Position numbers and translations under genes: made by a program
Notes under the pieces: model-generated
Told to the model about the DNA's origin: nothing
Database searches by the model: none
Seen by the model: only the letters and a program-made list of their open reading frames with translations
Shown: positions 59,562-63,189 of the stretch, piece by piece
How the letters are laid out: the number at the start of each line of letters is the position of its first letter
How positions within the stretch are numbered: position 1 is the stretch's first letter
NCBI GenBank assembly: GCA_021432655.1
Contig: MU271449.1
Coordinates: forward strand, 1-63,189
From: Atractiella rhizophila
Lineage: Eukaryota
Direction: 5' to 3'
Length of the DNA: 63,189 nt

Positions 59562-62500
59562 CAAGTGTTTCAGTGCCCTCGTCCCTCGGGCATCCCCCCC
59601 GCCAGGGGCTTCGCCCCTTGGACCCCAGCCTCCGGTGGCCACTGCGTGGAGCTCTTGCCTCTGGCAGCCTGTTGTCGTTCATGATTCATCCTGCCATCTC
59701 ACTTGAGTGGCAATTCTAAAATGTTCCTTTTGCCACCAGTTCTCGCGTTTTGTCTTATCTTACTTTTCTGAAGATTCTAGAACATTGTATCCGCAAGTAT
59801 ATAAAGGCTCTGAAAAGCGAAATAATTATTATAACGTTCTATAACAACAACACAGCCACTCCGTGGGGCCTCGCCTTCGGTGAGATCAGAGTTACACTTG
59901 TCCTGCAATTGTCAAGTGTGAAGAGTATTGTCAGTCTATTTGCATACGTTCTTGTAGATTCAAAACTTCTCTATATACTACATTCTCAGTTTTCTTATTA
60001 TCAGTCCCTTCCACTTGATGTAAATAAACTCTAAGATTCTTCACATTTGAAGCTCTTGACAGTCTGACATAAAGTTGTCCATGAGCAAACACAGGGATGT
60101 CCAAGTATAGGCCGACAGTCTCAACTGACTGACCCTGTGACTTGTTGATAGTGAGGCAGAATGCTAACTTGATTGGGAATTGAAACGGGCGTAGGACAAA
60201 GGGAAATGAATTGGAGACTTTGCTATCCAAAGCAATGCGTGGAATGAGAACTGAGTTGCCTGCGAATGCACCTGTGACAATTGTTGCCTCGATGACGCGA
60301 GAGAGTAGCTGGGTGACAATCAAACGTGTACCATTACAGAGCCCAGCAGAAGGGTTGAGGTTTCGAATGAGGATGATAGGGGCTCCGACTTTGAGATGCA
60401 AGCAATGAAGAGGAAGGCCTGTAACATTGAGAGTATTAAGCTACTCGACCGTAAAGCCTTGCTGAACATTCTCATTGTCATCCATCAAACGATCAGCACT
60501 GAGATAAATTCGTTCCTGTCGGGAGATAAATCTTCGGATAAGCTGATCGTTTATCAGGTCGACATCAACGTTTCGAGCAGTGAGGACCATGCGCTCTTGG
60601 AAGTATTGCCTCAGTTGATCACGATATAGGTCTTCAGTTATGGTGTTAAGCCCAGGATAGATGTCATTTAAGAGACCTTCCAGGCCACGTGATTGTGGGA
60701 TTATTGTTCCATCCTTCATGGTCAATGGACCACAACCACAGTCATCTGGGTTGTCAGTTGCACCATTTCCAACTGACAGCAACCAATTAGCAAAGTCAGA
60801 AGCGATAGCAAAGTCATCAGCTGCCATATCAGCCTGGTGACGGAGAAGCCGCATGTTGACCGTGAGAGGAAGGATCGTAACTGCTGGCCAAAACGGACTG
60901 TTGATGACACATGCATCAATAATCTGTGCACGTCAAGCCTTGGGAATGACAGAGAGGCATTGTCGCATGTCACCTAATCTATTTATCAGAGGTGAACTCT
61001 TTGAATTATCCCACTTACCACCTAGAACAAAAATTACTCCGCCAAAAGGTGCATCTACTTTGCGCATATCTCTCAGCATCCGATCAACTGCCTCAAAGCA
61101 CCAACGATGGCTCATACCCACTTCATCCCATATTATCAATTCTGCCTCACGGCAAAGTCATCCATGATCACTCTGAGCCTTAACACCACAGATTGAATCT
61201 GCTTCAAGGTCCAATGGTATTCGAAAGCGTGTGTGGGCAGTTCGTCCCCCTTCCAACAGGATAGCAGCAATGCCTGAGGAGGCCACAGCGAGCGCAATCT
61301 TCCCAGTTGAACGAACTTTGGCAAGTAGTAAGTTTTCAACAAAAGTCTTTCCTGTCCCTCCTGGCCCATTAATGAAGAACAGACCTCCACTTCCCTCTTC
61401 CCAAGCCGCTATGATGGTGTCATAAGCATGACGTTGATCCTGATTAAGCAACAGCACCTCCCTGTTGAGACGCTCTTGAAGTTGCAGACGAGCCTCTTCA
61501 CCAATTATTCTTGTCTCACCCCTCCACCTTTCTAACCTCTCTGTCGGTTGTGGTAGTCCAAAATCTGACAGAGACTTTGTGTGAGCCTGTAAGAGATCTT
61601 CAATCTCGAGGAGACAGAGACTGATGATTTGTTCTTCATGCGGATTGGCTATACCGTACTTTGTCTACAGTAAACGTTTGCAATCATCGCTAAGTCGTTG
61701 ATGATGGTTGTCCCATAACCTTCTTGGTTCACTTGCCACACCAAAAAGAAGGATATAGACAAAAAGGGACCGCATAGCGTGACCATTCTTGACTGAGCTG
61801 GCTTCCTCAAGGCAAAAGTCCCATTCTTCATCGCTTTCTAAAAGTCCCAGTGCCACACATGTGGCCTTAAATGTATCATAAACCCTTCCCTCCACTGTCC
61901 GAACATTCTCAAAAGACTTTGGGCTGGCTACCTTGTGTAAGAGAAGTCGGAGGTAGAAAAGCTCTCCTTGTGATGGTGCAACATAGTAGATCCTTCCAAT
62001 AGCTTCTCCTCTCTGCCTGATTTTCCATGAGCATGTGTTTGATTTCCAAGTAAGGTATTGAGGTGCTTTTGGATATGTCAAGTCCTCAGTAATGTCGGGG
62101 TGTTCCATATAGAAGTCAAAAAATTGAGTTAGTGTGGTCTTGCTAATGTTTGGCCTGGAAAGGATATCGTTGAGGGACTCTTCCTCTGGATTGAACGTGA
62201 TAGACTGTTGATTGGGGAGGTGGATAGCTAATCGCTTGACTGTTGGAAAATGGTGATGCAATTGAAAGCGGAAGATGCGGTAACAGGCTAAGATATATGT
62301 CAGACAATCTAAAATATGGTCTCAAAACTGCTTACCTTCAGAAGATCCAATGAATCTAGCATTGAGATACTCTTGGATCTCATCCACCTCTTGAGCAGCA
62401 TTGCCCCTTGTATTTATATACGTATTTGAAGAGATATTTCACAGATTTGATAGAGATGCACAGTTCAACGTTTATATGAGCCATAAAGCATCGAAGAACG

Positions 62501-63189
62501 TAGGGGTTGAATGGTACGACTCAACGATTATCGTAGATAAATCCATTTGGTGTTTTCTGAAACGTAGGTCCATTGTCACGGCATCGATAAGTTGGATATC
62601 CATCGTCATTGATGCCTGTCTCTGCTGCAAATGGTTTGGGGTACCCCTTGCTACAGATCTTTCTGCCTGGCCTTTTAGGATCCTCTACCATGCAGGGACT
62701 ATCTGGATTAATGTCTCCACATGTTCCATGAAGCATATGCTGACACACAATATCGAAAAGCTCGGGGTCAGCATCTTTGGCTGGTAGTTCGGCGGATACA
62801 ACACGGTCGATAGCTTCAGCATCTCTAATGGTATCTTGTGGATGAAGAATGATGAGAATATGAGCATGAGGTAGACCACGCTTCTGAAACTCAATTACCC
62901 AAACAAATCCGACTGTCCTCCCGAAGATTGTGTTCTCTTTGATCTCCTGCATATAGGCTTTAACCTTTACACTGAAGACCCTAGAGACCAAATCTGGTCT
63001 GTCTGTAGCGGTTTGTCCAGGCAGTAAAACTTCAGTGATTTCTGGCCAGCGAGGATTGCAGGTAAATGTTGTAAAGATGGTAGGAGAGCCTTGGTTTCCA
63101 ACAATCACCATTGCATCCTGAAACTGTTGATTCATCTGCCGAGGACCGCCACTGTGCGATGAGGGCAGAATAGTTCGCCTGCCAACATT
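59562..63189 (-). mobile_element. Helitron C: Rep (HUH) and Pif1 helicase with 3' terminus; continues beyond the window
   Basis: TFTCNPRW, EFQKRGLPHAHIL, KSVKYLFKY, Walker A GPGGTGKT, ASSGIAA.LL.GGRTAH, IIWDE, QFPIKLAFCLTINKSQGQS, HGQLYV.LSR. A few stops and frameshifts. 3' end has a GGGGCGAAGCCCC hairpin, a TGCCC-n9-GGGCA hairpin, then CTGAAACA-CTTG. Confidence 0.95.

Overview
Intron-rich fungal genomic DNA, most likely basidiomycete (short GT-AG introns, microexons, basidiomycete-type transposons). Five host genes are recognisable: a Pho80/Pcl-family cyclin, a group III (NIK1/OS-1-like) hybrid histidine kinase with degenerate residues, a small RRM protein, a Zn2Cys6 transcription factor, and an Nha1/Sod2-type Na+/H+ antiporter. 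They sit in a dense transposon graveyard: a Tc1-like end, three hAT remnants, CACTA, Ty3/Gypsy, Ty1/Copia, two probable DIRS/Ngaro remnants, three Helitrons plus an orphan Helitron 5' end, and an unassigned TIR family (CTCTATGAAAA ends). The most notable observations are: (1) a near-intact APE-RT LINE that ends in an oligo-C tail with a TTTA target duplication and splits a host ORF; (2) the unassigned TIR family, one end of which truncates a Zn2Cys6 paralog just before its sixth cysteine; (3) two ~100-bp mitochondrial-like patches (nad6 5' end, tRNA 3' half) inside TE debris; (4) a TATA+hairpin module at both YR-type remnants; (5) a clean 316-bp inversion in one Helitron and a tail-to-head junction between two others. 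All calls are by eye from motifs; no database searches were run.
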